A stretch of 64,000 nucleotides of DNA from a virus. Positions 38,592 to 48,800 of this stretch are shown one piece after another (position 1 is the first letter of the stretch; every line of letters begins with the position of its first letter). The stretch is from the IMG/VR virus record IMGVR_UViG_3300010389_000003, positions 39,984-103,983 of that record; one strand, written 5' to 3'. The translations under genes were made by a program, and so were the position numbers. The notes under the pieces are model-generated. The model made no database searches and was not told the origin of the DNA. It was given only the letters and a program-made list of their open reading frames with translations.

Positions 38592-41500
38592 ATGGCAAAA
38601 CAATATGTAGAACTCCATTGTCATGATGTCTTCAGCTTCTTGGATGGGCATGGCAAGGTAGAGGAATATAGTCGTCGCGCTAAAGAACTCAATATGGGAG
38701 CCATAGCGCAGACAAATCATGGAAATATCCATGGATGGATGGACTTCTATGATAGCTGCAAGAAGCACGACCTAAAACCCATCTTCGGCCTTGAAGCATA
38801 CCAGGCCCGTAAGAGTCGATTCGATAAAGATGATGACGAGCGTGCTGGCCCCGCAAGAAATGAGTGGGATCAGCGTGGGCCGTACCACATAACCCTCTTG
38901 GCTAAGAACAAGACGGGTTATCATAACCTCATCAAGCTGTCCTCCCGTGCCTATACCGAGGGCTTCTATGTCAAGCCACGCATGGATCACGAATTGATCT
39001 CAGAGCATTCAGAAGGGCTTATAGTGATGTCTGGCTGCCTCAATGGGGAAGTGCAACAGGCGATCCTGCGCAACGATTACAAATCAGCCTTAATCGCTGC
39101 CGCCAGCATGCAAACGATTGTGGGCAAAGAAAACTACTTTATCGAAGTGCATGATCATGGGATTGAAGAAGAGCGCGCGGTCAGAGAGGCCCTTATTAGA
39201 ATAGCTAAGACAATTGATGCCCCTATTGTCCCCGTGGGTGATTGTCACTATGTATACAAGGACGATCACGACGCACACGATTCCATGTTATGCGTTTCAA
39301 CTAAGGCTCAGATCTCCTCAGAAGAACGTTTCAAGTTCTCCGGTCCCGAATTTTATCTAAAGTCCTACGAAGAAGTGGTAGAAAAGTTCGATCCAGATTG
39401 GGTCAAGAATACACTGCATGTAGCAGATATGGTTGATGTAAAGCTTGAATTTGGCGAATATCATTTCCCTCAGGCTCAAAACATTCCAGAAAACATTTCC
39501 GTTGATGAGCACCTAGAGACCCTCATGTGGGATGGTTTGCGGGAAAGATACGGAGATCCACTCCCTCAAGAGGTTATAGATCGTGCTTCTCACGAGCTGG
39601 GCGTGGTCAAAAGAATGGGTTTCCAGGAGTATTTCCTGGTCGTTTCCGACATAGTACAAGAGGCCAAGCGTAGAGGGATAGCGGTCGGCCCAGGAAGAGG
39701 TTCCGGTGCCGCCTGTATCATATCCTATGCATTGCGCATCACAAACCTGTGCCCGATTGAGTATGATCTTCTCTTTGAGCGCTTCTTGATTGAGGGGCGA
39801 AAGACCGTACCCGACTTCGATATCGACTTCGACGATCGCTACAGAGATGAGATCATTGAGTATTGTCGTGAGAAGTATGGAAGTGATCATGTTGCCCATA
39901 TTGCTACTTTCGCCCAAGTAAAAGCTGCATCTGCCATTAAGGACGCCGCCCGTGTGCTCGGTCACGAGTACGAAGTTGGGGATCGTATAGCGAAGATGAT
40001 ACCTGATGCCGTCTTAGGTGTGACCAAGTCCCTTGAAGAATGCATGAAGCTGGAAGATATCAAGAAGGTCTACGAGACCGATGATGATGTCAAAGAGATC
40101 CTGGATGTTGCGATAGGCCTTGAGGGCGTTTACAGACAGCCGGGCATGCACGCCGCTGGTGTAGTGATCACTCGTGGCCCCGTAACAGACTATGTCCCCA
40201 CAATGCAGAAGGGTGCTGATAAGCCACTGATTATACAGTGGGATGGTGACAATGTAGAACGGAACGGTCTTCTGAAGATAGACTTCTTAGGCTTGCGGAA
40301 CCTCGGTGTCATAGACCTGTGTGTCAAGCAGGTCAAGGTGCGTCATGGTGTAGATTTAGACATAGATAATATACCGCTTAATGATGAGCAGGTATTTGAG
40401 AACCTTAGACAAGGTAAGTCTATAGGCTGCTTCCAGATAGAGGGCGAGGGTATGCGTCAGATGATGATGGACCTTCAGCCTGAAAGCATCTTGGATATCT
40501 TTGCTCTGATATCACTGTATCGTCCCGGGCCAATGGGTTCCGGTATGGATAAGATGTATATCAATCGTAAGCATGGTCGAGAGAAGGTATCGTATCCACA
40601 CGAATCATTGAGACCGGTCCTCGAAAAGTCTAGGGGCATCATGCTCTACCAGGAGGACGTACTTAATGTTGCGAAAGTTGGCGCAGGGTTAGGCCCAGGC
40701 GATGCTGATGATCTCCGTCGAGTTATCGGCAAGAAGTATATGGACAAGGTGGCAGAGTATAGAAAGATATTCGTAGAGGGGGCCGTGAAAACCAATGGCA
40801 TGTCTGAAAAAATTGCCAACGATATCTTCTCTGATATCGAATACTTTGCGGGTTACGGTTTCAATAAGGCACACGCCGCTGCTTATGGGATCATTTCTTA
40901 TCAGACGGCATGGCTAAAAACACATTATCCAGTTGAGTACATGGCAGCCTTGATGTCAACAGTGACAGACAAGAAAGATAAGATGAACCTTTATCTCGCC
41001 GAATGCAAAAATATGGGTATAGAAGTATTGCCACCTTCGGTTTCAGAATCACAGTATTACTTCACGGTTAGGGACGATACTACAATACTCTTCGGATTGC
41101 TTGCGGTGGATGGTGTTGGTGAGGCTCAGATCGACCACCTTAAGAGTGGGAACGTAGACTATAGCAGCTTCTGGACATTTTTCAGAACCGCTGAATCAAG
41201 CGCATTAAACAAGAAGACCCTTCAGCAGCTTATCAATGCTGGCGGCTTCGATAACCTGGTTGATACGGACAGCTTAGTGCATAAGTCTATGTCGCGATCG
41301 GAGAAGGTCGAGATTCTGAATAGGGAGAACGCTGCTATAGGAATGTACCTGTCTGGTCACCCGCTTGAGGACATATGGCCAGTCATCAAAGATCAAGCAA
41401 CACACACCTGCGCTGAGGTTATGGAAAGCGAGGAGGGCAAGGGTTCTGCCAGAGTGGTCGGAATGATAACTGAATACAAAGAGATGACGACCAAGAAGAC

Positions 41501-41945
41501 AGGCAAGAAAATGTGCAAGTTCAGCATTGAGGATATGATCGGCAAGGTCAGTGTCGTTGTTTTCACTAAAGACTTTGCTCGACTGTCCAAATCTATCAAG
41601 ATGGAAGATGGGGAGGTCGTCTGTGTGTTTGGAAATATGCGCAGAGAATCAGAGAACTCTGATGTCACGATGATGTGCAGAGATGTAACCCCAGTAGACG
41701 TCAAGCTCGTTGAGGGCGGTTCACCCATTATGCTGGACTGCCCGCACAAGATTACCCCTAGCCAGATAAGGGGTTTATCTGATATTATTGGTAATAACCC
41801 GGGTGAGAGCCCAGTGTATTTAAAGCTTTACGAGAAGGGTTATGAGATCAATTTCCAATTTGATGGATTGGTCAATAGAGAAGCAAGAACAGTATTGGAA
41901 GAGGTATTGGCTTTGGCTAATGCCCAGAGTTTAGTAGAGGCCTAA
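38592..41945 (+). CDS. dnaE: DNA polymerase III alpha subunit (family C)
   Basis: PHP domain (HCH..FSFLDG), GPGRGSGA, PDFDIDF, HAAG, KIDFLGLRNL, YGFNKAHA, OB-fold; no intein-sized insert. Confidence 0.95.
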   Translation: MAKQYVELHCHDVFSFLDGHGKVEEYSRRAKELNMGAIAQTNHGNIHGWMDFYDSCKKHDLKPIFGLEAYQARKSRFDKDDDERAGPARNEWDQRGPYHITLLAKNKTGYHNLIKLSSRAYTEGFYVKPRMDHELISEHSEGLIVMSGCLNGEVQQAILRNDYKSALIAAASMQTIVGKENYFIEVHDHGIEEERAVREALIRIAKTIDAPIVPVGDCHYVYKDDHDAHDSMLCVSTKAQISSEERFKFSGPEFYLKSYEEVVEKFDPDWVKNTLHVADMVDVKLEFGEYHFPQAQNIPENISVDEHLETLMWDGLRERYGDPLPQEVIDRASHELGVVKRMGFQEYFLVVSDIVQEAKRRGIAVGPGRGSGAACIISYALRITNLCPIEYDLLFERFLIEGRKTVPDFDIDFDDRYRDEIIEYCREKYGSDHVAHIATFAQVKAASAIKDAARVLGHEYEVGDRIAKMIPDAVLGVTKSLEECMKLEDIKKVYETDDDVKEILDVAIGLEGVYRQPGMHAAGVVITRGPVTDYVPTMQKGADKPLIIQWDGDNVERNGLLKIDFLGLRNLGVIDLCVKQVKVRHGVDLDIDNIPLNDEQVFENLRQGKSIGCFQIEGEGMRQMMMDLQPESILDIFALISLYRPGPMGSGMDKMYINRKHGREKVSYPHESLRPVLEKSRGIMLYQEDVLNVAKVGAGLGPGDADDLRRVIGKKYMDKVAEYRKIFVEGAVKTNGMSEKIANDIFSDIEYFAGYGFNKAHAAAYGIISYQTAWLKTHYPVEYMAALMSTVTDKKDKMNLYLAECKNMGIEVLPPSVSESQYYFTVRDDTTILFGLLAVDGVGEAQIDHLKSGNVDYSSFWTFFRTAESSALNKKTLQQLINAGGFDNLVDTDSLVHKSMSRSEKVEILNRENAAIGMYLSGHPLEDIWPVIKDQATHTCAEVMESEEGKGSARVVGMITEYKEMTTKKTGKKMCKFSIEDMIGKVSVVVFTKDFARLSKSIKMEDGEVVCVFGNMRRESENSDVTMMCRDVTPVDVKLVEGGSPIMLDCPHKITPSQIRGLSDIIGNNPGESPVYLKLYEKGYEINFQFDGLVNREARTVLEEVLALANAQSLVEA

Positions 41946-42332
41946 ATGAGTCAAAGAGGATTAATGATAACCTCAGCCCACACCTATCGAGACCCGGTTG
42001 ACAAGTACTGTTTTCGTCAATGCGTGTCTTGCTTGAGATGTGCTAACAAGGGGATGAAGACAGAATGCGACGGATGTTCGGGGCACCCAGATCATCGGGG
42101 TGAGCGCATTCCCCATAACGATCACTTCTGTGACTGCACGAACGGTGTCATGCGCTGGGTAACGAAAAAGGGTCAATTGATCGTGAGACGTTTCATGTCC
42201 AACCCCTTCAAGGGAGAGGTCAAGACTGATGCAGTCAGTCAGGATGAGAACGACTGGAACAGCTACCTCTACGAGAGAAGAGAACAGCTGAATGATCCTG
42301 GCTTCAATCCCGTAAGAATTGAGGAAGACTGA
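41946..42332 (+). CDS. Cys-rich hypothetical protein
   Basis: Multiple CxxC/CxC motifs. Confidence 0.65.
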   Translation: MSQRGLMITSAHTYRDPVDKYCFRQCVSCLRCANKGMKTECDGCSGHPDHRGERIPHNDHFCDCTNGVMRWVTKKGQLIVRRFMSNPFKGEVKTDAVSQDENDWNSYLYERREQLNDPGFNPVRIEED

Positions 42333-42598
42333 TGATCACCCCTAAGAAAGAATCCTATGAGAATGGCGTCTGTAGATTAGAGGTCTATGAAATGGGGGGC
42401 ATTTGGATTGGTGCAGGGTTGGCCGGTCTCTATATGTCACCCGAAGAGTTTGCAGATGCGTGGCCCCTACTCAAGGCATATGCCGAAGAGGCTGGTCTTG
42501 AGAAGCCCTCCCTCTCAAAAAGAAAAGACTGTACATGTCTATGCCATGGCTTTGATGACTATAAACATACGGTCGCATGTTGTGAGGGGAAACTATGA
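42332..42598 (+). CDS. hypothetical protein
   Basis: Stop/start overlap; C-terminal CTCLCH..CC. Confidence 0.55.
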   Translation: MITPKKESYENGVCRLEVYEMGGIWIGAGLAGLYMSPEEFADAWPLLKAYAEEAGLEKPSLSKRKDCTCLCHGFDDYKHTVACCEGKL

Positions 42599-42731
42599 TA
42601 GTTTCAGTTGTTCAGAGTAAGGAGGCAAAACGTGCAAGATGGAATAGGTGAATTCATGGAACTTGGAGATACCGGATGGTATCCAATGTCAGATGGTACT
42701 TACGTAAACCATAAAGAGGGTAAGGTAAGAG

Positions 42732-43139
42732 ATGAGAACGGAAATATTTACAGCCTGGACGGAATCGAACTCAACGACACCGATCTCGACTCCCTTGAAG
42801 AAGATTAAGGTAGGACGCCACAGCTATAAGTTGATCGCGGACAGATCAGCACTCCTGGAGATGCTCTCTGAAGAGGGCGAAGAGTATATGGGCCGCTGTG
42901 ATAACAGCACCCTATGCATATACGTAGATGACACACTTCCTGTTTCGGTTTTTGATGACACACTATTACACGAATGCACCCATGCCCTAGTGCACCATTC
43001 TGGTCTGTCCACTTATTTCGAAGACAAAGGGGTGTCCGAAGAGTATGTGGTTACGGTATTCGCTACAGCTCTTCATAGCTTTATTGTGGACAACCCTGAG
43101 CTTATGAATATGATAGTGGCCGGTGCTGAGAATGGCTAG
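42732..43139 (+). CDS. small HExxH zincin-like protein
   Basis: GRCD..IYVD..DTLLHECTHA...EEYVV; true start probably near 42796. Confidence 0.65.
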   Translation: MRTEIFTAWTESNSTTPISTPLKKIKVGRHSYKLIADRSALLEMLSEEGEEYMGRCDNSTLCIYVDDTLPVSVFDDTLLHECTHALVHHSGLSTYFEDKGVSEEYVVTVFATALHSFIVDNPELMNMIVAGAENG

Positions 43140-43941
43140 ACTTATCGAAGAAGTCACCGATCCCCTAGAACTCCTCTCACTCACCAGAATGTCATATTCT
43201 CGCTATAGCAGCTATGACATGTGCCCGGCTAAGTATTTTTATACATATGTATTAAGAGAGCCATCTGTATTCGGTGAGGCAGCAGTGATGGGTAATATCA
43301 TCCACACCGCCCTGGAAAATGTCCTGGAAAAAGACGTTAAGGTTGGCGATATAGCTGACGAGCTTATCGAAGAGTACAAGACACAGATTCCCGAGTTCGA
43401 TCCCGACTCCTTGATATCCCAAGACCTCATCCAAGCCGGTGAGATTATGGTGAACGATTTCATTGATAGGCACTCCCACGAATCTTTCCCAATACATGCC
43501 AAAGAAAAAGGGTTTGCGATTGTTGTGGGCACCACTCTGATCGCTGGTTACATCGACCGTGTGGACATAGATGATCAAACCGACATAATATATGTCACCG
43601 ATTACAAATCCGGTAAGTTTGAAGTTACCCAAAAATGGATCCACAAAGACCTGCAGTTGGGGATTTATGCACTGGCAATGAAGACGATTTTTCCGGACAA
43701 GCAGATCTATGCCGAACTATATTACTTACGTTCTGGTAAGCGTAAGGGCCACCTCTTTACTGATGAAGATCTGAAAGAGGTCGAGCAAAGAGTTATCGAT
43801 CTGTCTGCTGAGATAATGGATACCAACCAGTTCCAATATACTCATAACAGAAGAATCTGTGGGTTCTGCGAACACGCCAAAAGCGGAGCATGCCCTCGAG
43901 GAACAGTGGTCCTGAAGTCCAAGGCTCCCAGTAAGAGATAA
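43132..43941 (+). CDS. RecB/Cas4-like PD-(D/E)XK exonuclease
   Basis: SYS..CP, GNIIH..LE, GYIDRVD, DYKSG, QLGIY, CGFC..C motifs. Confidence 0.88.
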   Translation: MARLIEEVTDPLELLSLTRMSYSRYSSYDMCPAKYFYTYVLREPSVFGEAAVMGNIIHTALENVLEKDVKVGDIADELIEEYKTQIPEFDPDSLISQDLIQAGEIMVNDFIDRHSHESFPIHAKEKGFAIVVGTTLIAGYIDRVDIDDQTDIIYVTDYKSGKFEVTQKWIHKDLQLGIYALAMKTIFPDKQIYAELYYLRSGKRKGHLFTDEDLKEVEQRVIDLSAEIMDTNQFQYTHNRRICGFCEHAKSGACPRGTVVLKSKAPSKR

Positions 43942-43953
43942 CGATACAATATG

Positions 43954-43981
43954 AAAAGCCCCCCAATTAAGGGGGGCTTTT
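43954..43981. terminator. bidirectional intrinsic terminator
   Basis: AAAAGCCCCCC-AATTAA-GGGGGGCTTTT between convergent genes. Confidence 0.88.
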
Positions 43982-44005
43982 ATTTGTGTTGATTATTGAA
44001 TCAGA

Positions 44006-44209
44006 TCAGCTATTGCTAGCAGCAACAAAATCGTCAGCGGACTCTGGCTCAACGACGGCATCGTCGGAGAGATCCCAGACGGAGTTGACGGCCTGCTCGA
44101 AAGCGGTGGTCTCGTCTACACCTGCTGCGACGAGGCGGAGGTACTCCGCTTCATCTGTGTCTCGGATAATGGTGCTGATGATCTGATTCATTTCATTTGT
44201 TTTGGTCAT
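44006..44209 (-). CDS. small acidic protein in a solitary antisense transcription unit
   Basis: MTKTNEMNQIISTIIRDTDEAEY...; promoter TTGCAA-18-TAAAGT ends 7 nt before the ATG. Confidence 0.7.
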   Translation of the reverse strand: MTKTNEMNQIISTIIRDTDEAEYLRLVAAGVDETTAFEQAVNSVWDLSDDAVVEPESADDFVAASNS

Positions 44210-44216
44210 GTGTAGT

Positions 44217-44246
44217 ACTTTAATCGAAGCCACCACACCATTGCAA
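44217..44246 (-). promoter_or_regulatory. sigma70-type promoter TTGCAA-18-TAAAGT
   Basis: Upstream sequence resembles that of the promoter at 20697. Confidence 0.55.
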
Positions 44247-44312
44247 CCTGTTTCTGAAGAAATTTGCATTTATTTTGGTGAGTGATATAATGAGATACAA
44301 CGAAAGGTTATT

Positions 44313-44909
44313 ATGTCTTACAAAACTACGAAATGGACAACACCAGAAGACGCGACTCTAGTGAGAATGTCATTAGAGGGTTCGAGCATCCCCGTGATCT
44401 CGAAGAAGCTCAAGAGGTCTAAGTCCGCAGTAACTAATAGGGCAAAGTACCTTCGTCGCAGTCTCTCAACACTCCTCAAAGAACCCAAGAAAACAAGCCA
44501 GACAATACACCGACAGGGGCATCGTAAGCATCTGGGTGTAAGTGTCAGGAGTTCTTGGGAGGCTAATTTCCTCACCGTATTGAACCACAAGAAGATCAAG
44601 TGGGAATACGAACCGAAGATGTTTATATTTGAAGAGATCCAGAGGGGTACCAGGGCTTACCTGCCCGATGTTTATCTTCCGGAAGAGGATATTTGGATCG
44701 AGGTCAAGGGTCGCCTCAGAAGTACAGATAAAACAAAGGTAAGAAGATTCAAGAAGTATTACCCAGAGGAGTTCTCTAAGCTGCAGTATGTGGCAAGGAA
44801 CCCCAGAGTGGAGGCTGCGGCCTTCTACCACTCCATGGGAATGAAGTGTTATGCGTACTATGACGATTTATATTCACAATATCATACTTTAAAAAACTGG
44901 GAAAAATAA
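44313..44909 (+). CDS. HTH plus PD-(D/E)XK endonuclease (T7 endonuclease I/DUF790-like)
   Basis: RSSWEAN, WEYEP, YLPDVY, IEVKG motifs. Confidence 0.8.
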   Translation: MSYKTTKWTTPEDATLVRMSLEGSSIPVISKKLKRSKSAVTNRAKYLRRSLSTLLKEPKKTSQTIHRQGHRKHLGVSVRSSWEANFLTVLNHKKIKWEYEPKMFIFEEIQRGTRAYLPDVYLPEEDIWIEVKGRLRSTDKTKVRRFKKYYPEEFSKLQYVARNPRVEAAAFYHSMGMKCYAYYDDLYSQYHTLKNWEK

Positions 44910-45769
44910 TGGCAAAGAAGGCAAAGGCTAAGAAGGAAACCAAACCAAAGAAGAAAGTCTACAAAGAGAAGTACTACACTCTCAGCGAAGACGAGATGCA
45001 GGCACTCATCAAGTCTGCCAAGAAGGGCGATGATGCTGCCCAGAATGAGTTACTCAAGATCTTTGATAACTTCCTCAAGAAGTATGTCAATCTACTTTAT
45101 TACAATAAATACAATCTGGCAGACTACGACATACGTAAGTTCGTTGCTCTTTTTGTCAAGGATTCCAATGTCAGGTTCTACCTTGTCAGGAACAAGCTCA
45201 ATGCTTCCTCTTCCAGGCATGTTAAAGAATGCGTGAGTGGGATTGTTTACATGGCCACGAGATATGGTGACCCAGAGGATGTCAGGCAGACTGTCAACCT
45301 TACTTTTCTACAGTGCGTGATGAGATACGAAAAGAAGGGACCCATTCCGTTCAGTGGATTCCTTTATAGTTACTTCTTTTACATGCTCAAAAAGAATGTA
45401 GATCAACTACTCATTGATCAGCTTGGAAGGAAGACTTTCCCCCTGGCTACCGAAGAAGATCGTGGTGGAGACGATGACGAGATGACTATTGGTTTCGCTG
45501 CCCCACCACTACCATCGGCAGAGGAACTCATTGGACCAGACGAAATAGATGAACTGTGGGTCGCCGGAGACACTGCGTTCCCTCCGTTCGACCAATTAAC
45601 GATCCAAGAAAGGCAGCTGATCAAGTGGAGATTTGTAGATGGATACAAGTCGTCACAAATAGCAAGACGTATCACCGAACACCCCAATACGGTACGGGAA
45701 CACTTCAACAAGATTCGAACCAAAATTGCTGATATAGTTGGCGAGGATATAGAATTTCTGCTAGGATAA
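44909..45769 (+). CDS. phage RNA polymerase sigma70-family factor
   Basis: LIKSAKKGDDAAQNELL (region 1.2/2), F..FLY, and LTIQERQLIKWRFVDGYKSSQIA..TVREH (region 4 HTH). Confidence 0.8.
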   Translation: MAKKAKAKKETKPKKKVYKEKYYTLSEDEMQALIKSAKKGDDAAQNELLKIFDNFLKKYVNLLYYNKYNLADYDIRKFVALFVKDSNVRFYLVRNKLNASSSRHVKECVSGIVYMATRYGDPEDVRQTVNLTFLQCVMRYEKKGPIPFSGFLYSYFFYMLKKNVDQLLIDQLGRKTFPLATEEDRGGDDDEMTIGFAAPPLPSAEELIGPDEIDELWVAGDTAFPPFDQLTIQERQLIKWRFVDGYKSSQIARRITEHPNTVREHFNKIRTKIADIVGEDIEFLLG

Positions 45770-45812
45770 ATTACTATCTCGGCATAGTGATCCGGCCAGT
45801 TAGGGGATTAGA

Positions 45813-46322
45813 ATGAATGTACTCATGCTGAACGCTTCTTATGAACCCCTACGGGTAATAGATTTCAAGAGAGCAATCATCCTGTTGTTACAGGGTAAAG
45901 TCGAAGCGGTCGTTGAGTCAGAGAAAATAGTTCGATCTCCCTCTATATTTGTTGTTGTGCCGTCGGTTGTCAGACTCCTCAAGTATGTGAGACTTCCAAA
46001 AAACTTCAAGGTATCCCCCACAAAGAAGGCTATATTCCGTAGAGATAATGGCCTATGTGGATACTGTGGCAACAAAGCAGATACTGTAGATCACATCATG
46101 CCTCGCAGTAGAGGCGGGAAGCATACATGGGAGAATGTGGTTTCCTGTTGTTTGACCTGTAACCAAAAGAAAGCAGATAAAACCCTCTCTGAGCTGAATT
46201 GGGAGTTACTATATACAGTAGAAGCTCCATTATATAGCCACGGACAGCATATTCGCGCTGGTGGTAATGTGGATTGGGATTTGTTTTTAAACAAAAAGGG
46301 AATAGAAAATGAGAATCATTAG
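45813..46322 (+). CDS. HNH endonuclease (McrA-like)
   Basis: LNASYEPL, RDNGLCGYCG, TVDHIMPRSRGG..WENVV.CC..CN..K. Confidence 0.9.
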   Translation: MNVLMLNASYEPLRVIDFKRAIILLLQGKVEAVVESEKIVRSPSIFVVVPSVVRLLKYVRLPKNFKVSPTKKAIFRRDNGLCGYCGNKADTVDHIMPRSRGGKHTWENVVSCCLTCNQKKADKTLSELNWELLYTVEAPLYSHGQHIRAGGNVDWDLFLNKKGIENENH

Positions 46323-47679
46323 TCGTCAAGGTTGGAATGCAAGGGCACCGAAGAGGCGTGCATTGATGAAGTCCCACTCTCGGGTTTTCATTCACCATAC
46401 CGCAGGCCCTACGTCGCAGACTCCCAGGCAAATCCAGAACTACCATATGGACACTAGAGGCTGGTCTGATATTGCCTACTCATTCCTCGTGCATCAGAAC
46501 GGTGACATCTACGAAGGGCGAGGCTGGGGTATTGCTGGTGGTCATACCGCCGGATACAACTCTGTCTCTCACGCCTTCTGTTTGATCGCTAACACAGAGA
46601 ACACGACACCTACAGACGCTGCAATACAATCGCTGGCCTTCCTAGTTGACGAAGCCACGCGACGTTATGGTCCACAGCGTGTTGAGGGTCACAGAGCAGT
46701 TGCATCCACCGCCTGCCCCGGTTCAAGACTTTTCAATATGTTGGGGCTTGTAAAAGCTGGTTCGTCCTTTTCACCAAGCCAACCAGCAGCTACCAGAACA
46801 CTCAGGGTAGGCTCGACAGGTAAAGATGTTGAGGTACTTCAAACAATGCTGAACGTTGCTGTCAAAACCGACCTGGTTGTAGATGGCAATTTTGGCCCAG
46901 CAACAGAAGCTGCTGTCAAAAAGTATCAGACAATCCTCAAGGTTTCAGCTGATGGCGTTTGGGGTCCAGCCTCACAAGCCGCTCACAACGCTCTATTCGC
47001 CTTCCTAGAGGGTCTCAGAAACAAGGACACTGAGGTTGCCAGAACGAGTACGCTGCCCTCAGGGACGCGCCCAACGCTTAAGAGGGGAGATTCTGGCCCG
47101 AATGTAACCAATCTACAGCATTCATTGGTCTATTTGGGTAATAAACTGACCGTTGATGGCTCTTTTGGTCCCGAGACAGAGAATGTGGTCAAGGGTTTCC
47201 AGGCGTTCTTCAAGGTGGATGGTGGCGCTGACGGCATCGTTGGACCCAGCACCTGGGATAAAATCGATTTCCTTACCGCTAAGCTCCAGATGGAAAAAGC
47301 TGTAGCCTACGCAAAAGAACAGGAAGCCAAAGCGGCGGAAGCAGCAGCGGCAGCAGCAAAGAAAGCCGCTGAGCAAGAAGCTATCGCTACAGAAAAGGAG
47401 CGTCAGGAAGCCCTAGCTGCAGAAGCTAAGAGGAAGGCCGACGCAGCAGCAGCAGAGCTTGAAGCAGCGAGAGCAGCAGCAAGAACAGCAGCCATGGAAG
47501 ATCTGCTTGAACGGGACAAGGAAGCTTCTGTTCAGGCTGAACTCGACCGAGTCAAGGCTGAGAGAGACGGCCTAAAAGAAAGCCTGTCAGAGGCTAATGA
47601 AGAGCTTGGGTTCCTCAAGAAGCTGATCAACAACTTCGTCAAAGCCCTTAGTGCCCTCAATAGGCCTGCAAGCCAGTAA
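46309..47679 (+). CDS. endolysin: Amidase_2/PGRP-type domain, two PG-binding domains, Ala/Glu/Lys coiled-coil tail
   Basis: IHHTA, GWSDIAYSF, YEGRGW, GHR..STACPG; two DG.FGP.TE repeats. Confidence 0.9.
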   Translation: MRIISRQGWNARAPKRRALMKSHSRVFIHHTAGPTSQTPRQIQNYHMDTRGWSDIAYSFLVHQNGDIYEGRGWGIAGGHTAGYNSVSHAFCLIANTENTTPTDAAIQSLAFLVDEATRRYGPQRVEGHRAVASTACPGSRLFNMLGLVKAGSSFSPSQPAATRTLRVGSTGKDVEVLQTMLNVAVKTDLVVDGNFGPATEAAVKKYQTILKVSADGVWGPASQAAHNALFAFLEGLRNKDTEVARTSTLPSGTRPTLKRGDSGPNVTNLQHSLVYLGNKLTVDGSFGPETENVVKGFQAFFKVDGGADGIVGPSTWDKIDFLTAKLQMEKAVAYAKEQEAKAAEAAAAAAKKAAEQEAIATEKERQEALAAEAKRKADAAAAELEAARAAARTAAMEDLLERDKEASVQAELDRVKAERDGLKESLSEANEELGFLKKLINNFVKALSALNRPASQ

Positions 47680-47707
47680 GACAGGACTTTCTAAATAGGC
47701 CGTGTTA

Positions 47708-48037
47708 TCAGTTAGTGGGGGAGCCTTCTGGGCGACCTTCGCCTTGAGCGTCCTTGATCATCTGATATCTATTGTTCGTCTCGGTTGAGACCACACGCAT
47801 AGCATCGGCTATCGAGTTTGAGACGTCGTCTTTGATCTCTTCCATGTCGGCACCAACAGGTACAGCAACCCCGGCATAGATATCCAGGTGTTCGTAATTG
47901 CCAATATTGATGCGTCGGTTCACACCAACAGAGACGAATGGGGTTCTCGAGACAGCAGCCCCCAAGAGAACATCATCTGTTCTATCATTAAAGTTTTCGT
48001 TCGCCTGCTCTGTGGCACCTTTGTTCTTAGTTGGCAT
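47708..48037 (-). CDS. hypothetical protein
   Basis: 109 aa; RRINIGNYE motif; overlaps the kinase stop. Confidence 0.65.
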   Translation of the reverse strand: MPTKNKGATEQANENFNDRTDDVLLGAAVSRTPFVSVGVNRRINIGNYEHLDIYAGVAVPVGADMEEIKDDVSNSIADAMRVVSTETNNRYQMIKDAQGEGRPEGSPTN

Positions 48038-48800
48038 CTACTAAACTCCCTATTCTAAACGTATCTCGGATGAGGTTATGTACCTCTATGATCTGATCTT
48101 CTAGAGACCAGTTGTTCGTATCTAATTTTACATCAAAAGGCATGACGTCCACAAGTGTTTCTGACTTGTGTCCCGCCTGCTCCTTGGTCATTGAGGTATG
48201 GTTAGCATCGCGACGTGCCAATCTTTCTTGTCTTACAGACTCAGATGCGTCTAGCTTTATCATAAGTCCGTTGGGATGATCCATTATCATCTGTGCTTCG
48301 TTGGGGAAGCGTACATCTGATAAAAGCACAACATAGGTGTGGCTGTCTTTATATGGGGCGAATCTTCTATTTACAGTACGCTTCATCCATTCGACCCAAA
48401 CGTCTGGGTTCAGAGCACGACACTTATCCGTACCGAACACCTGCATGAACTCTCTAGGCTTTATCGACGGGTCCTCTGGAAGGGCAAACTCTACTGTTTC
48501 ATATACAAGTTCCACAACTTCTGCTAGGTCCGGCGCTCCATATATTGGGCTACCAAAGATGTCCAAATACTTTTCCATTGTGAGATAGAGCTGGCGCTGT
48601 ATCTCATTGTCACCTTGAACATCACGTTTGATTGTGATGAGTTCATATAGTGGCAGTGCGAAGAAGAGGTGATCCCATACGACCATGTTCTTTTCGTCTA
48701 TTCTCATAGACTTCTGAGGCACTAGTCCTTCTGCGGTCATCGTTTTCCCTACGCCAGCCTTGCCACCAAAGCCTACGATTATTGGGTAATCTGGGTTCAA
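48027..48800 (-). CDS. deoxynucleoside monophosphate kinase
   Basis: GKAGVGKT, FALPL, REFMQVFGT, SDVRFPNE, HKSE motifs. Confidence 0.85.
   Translation of the reverse strand: MNPDYPIIVGFGGKAGVGKTMTAEGLVPQKSMRIDEKNMVVWDHLFFALPLYELITIKRDVQGDNEIQRQLYLTMEKYLDIFGSPIYGAPDLAEVVELVYETVEFALPEDPSIKPREFMQVFGTDKCRALNPDVWVEWMKRTVNRRFAPYKDSHTYVVLLSDVRFPNEAQMIMDHPNGLMIKLDASESVRQERLARRDANHTSMTKEQAGHKSETLVDVMPFDVKLDTNNWSLEDQIIEVHNLIRDTFRIGSLVDAN

Noticed and set aside
15752-41945. Inteins in NrdJ, helicase or DnaE
   Set aside because: Lengths are normal and no C..HN splice motifs or LAGLIDADG blocks are seen.
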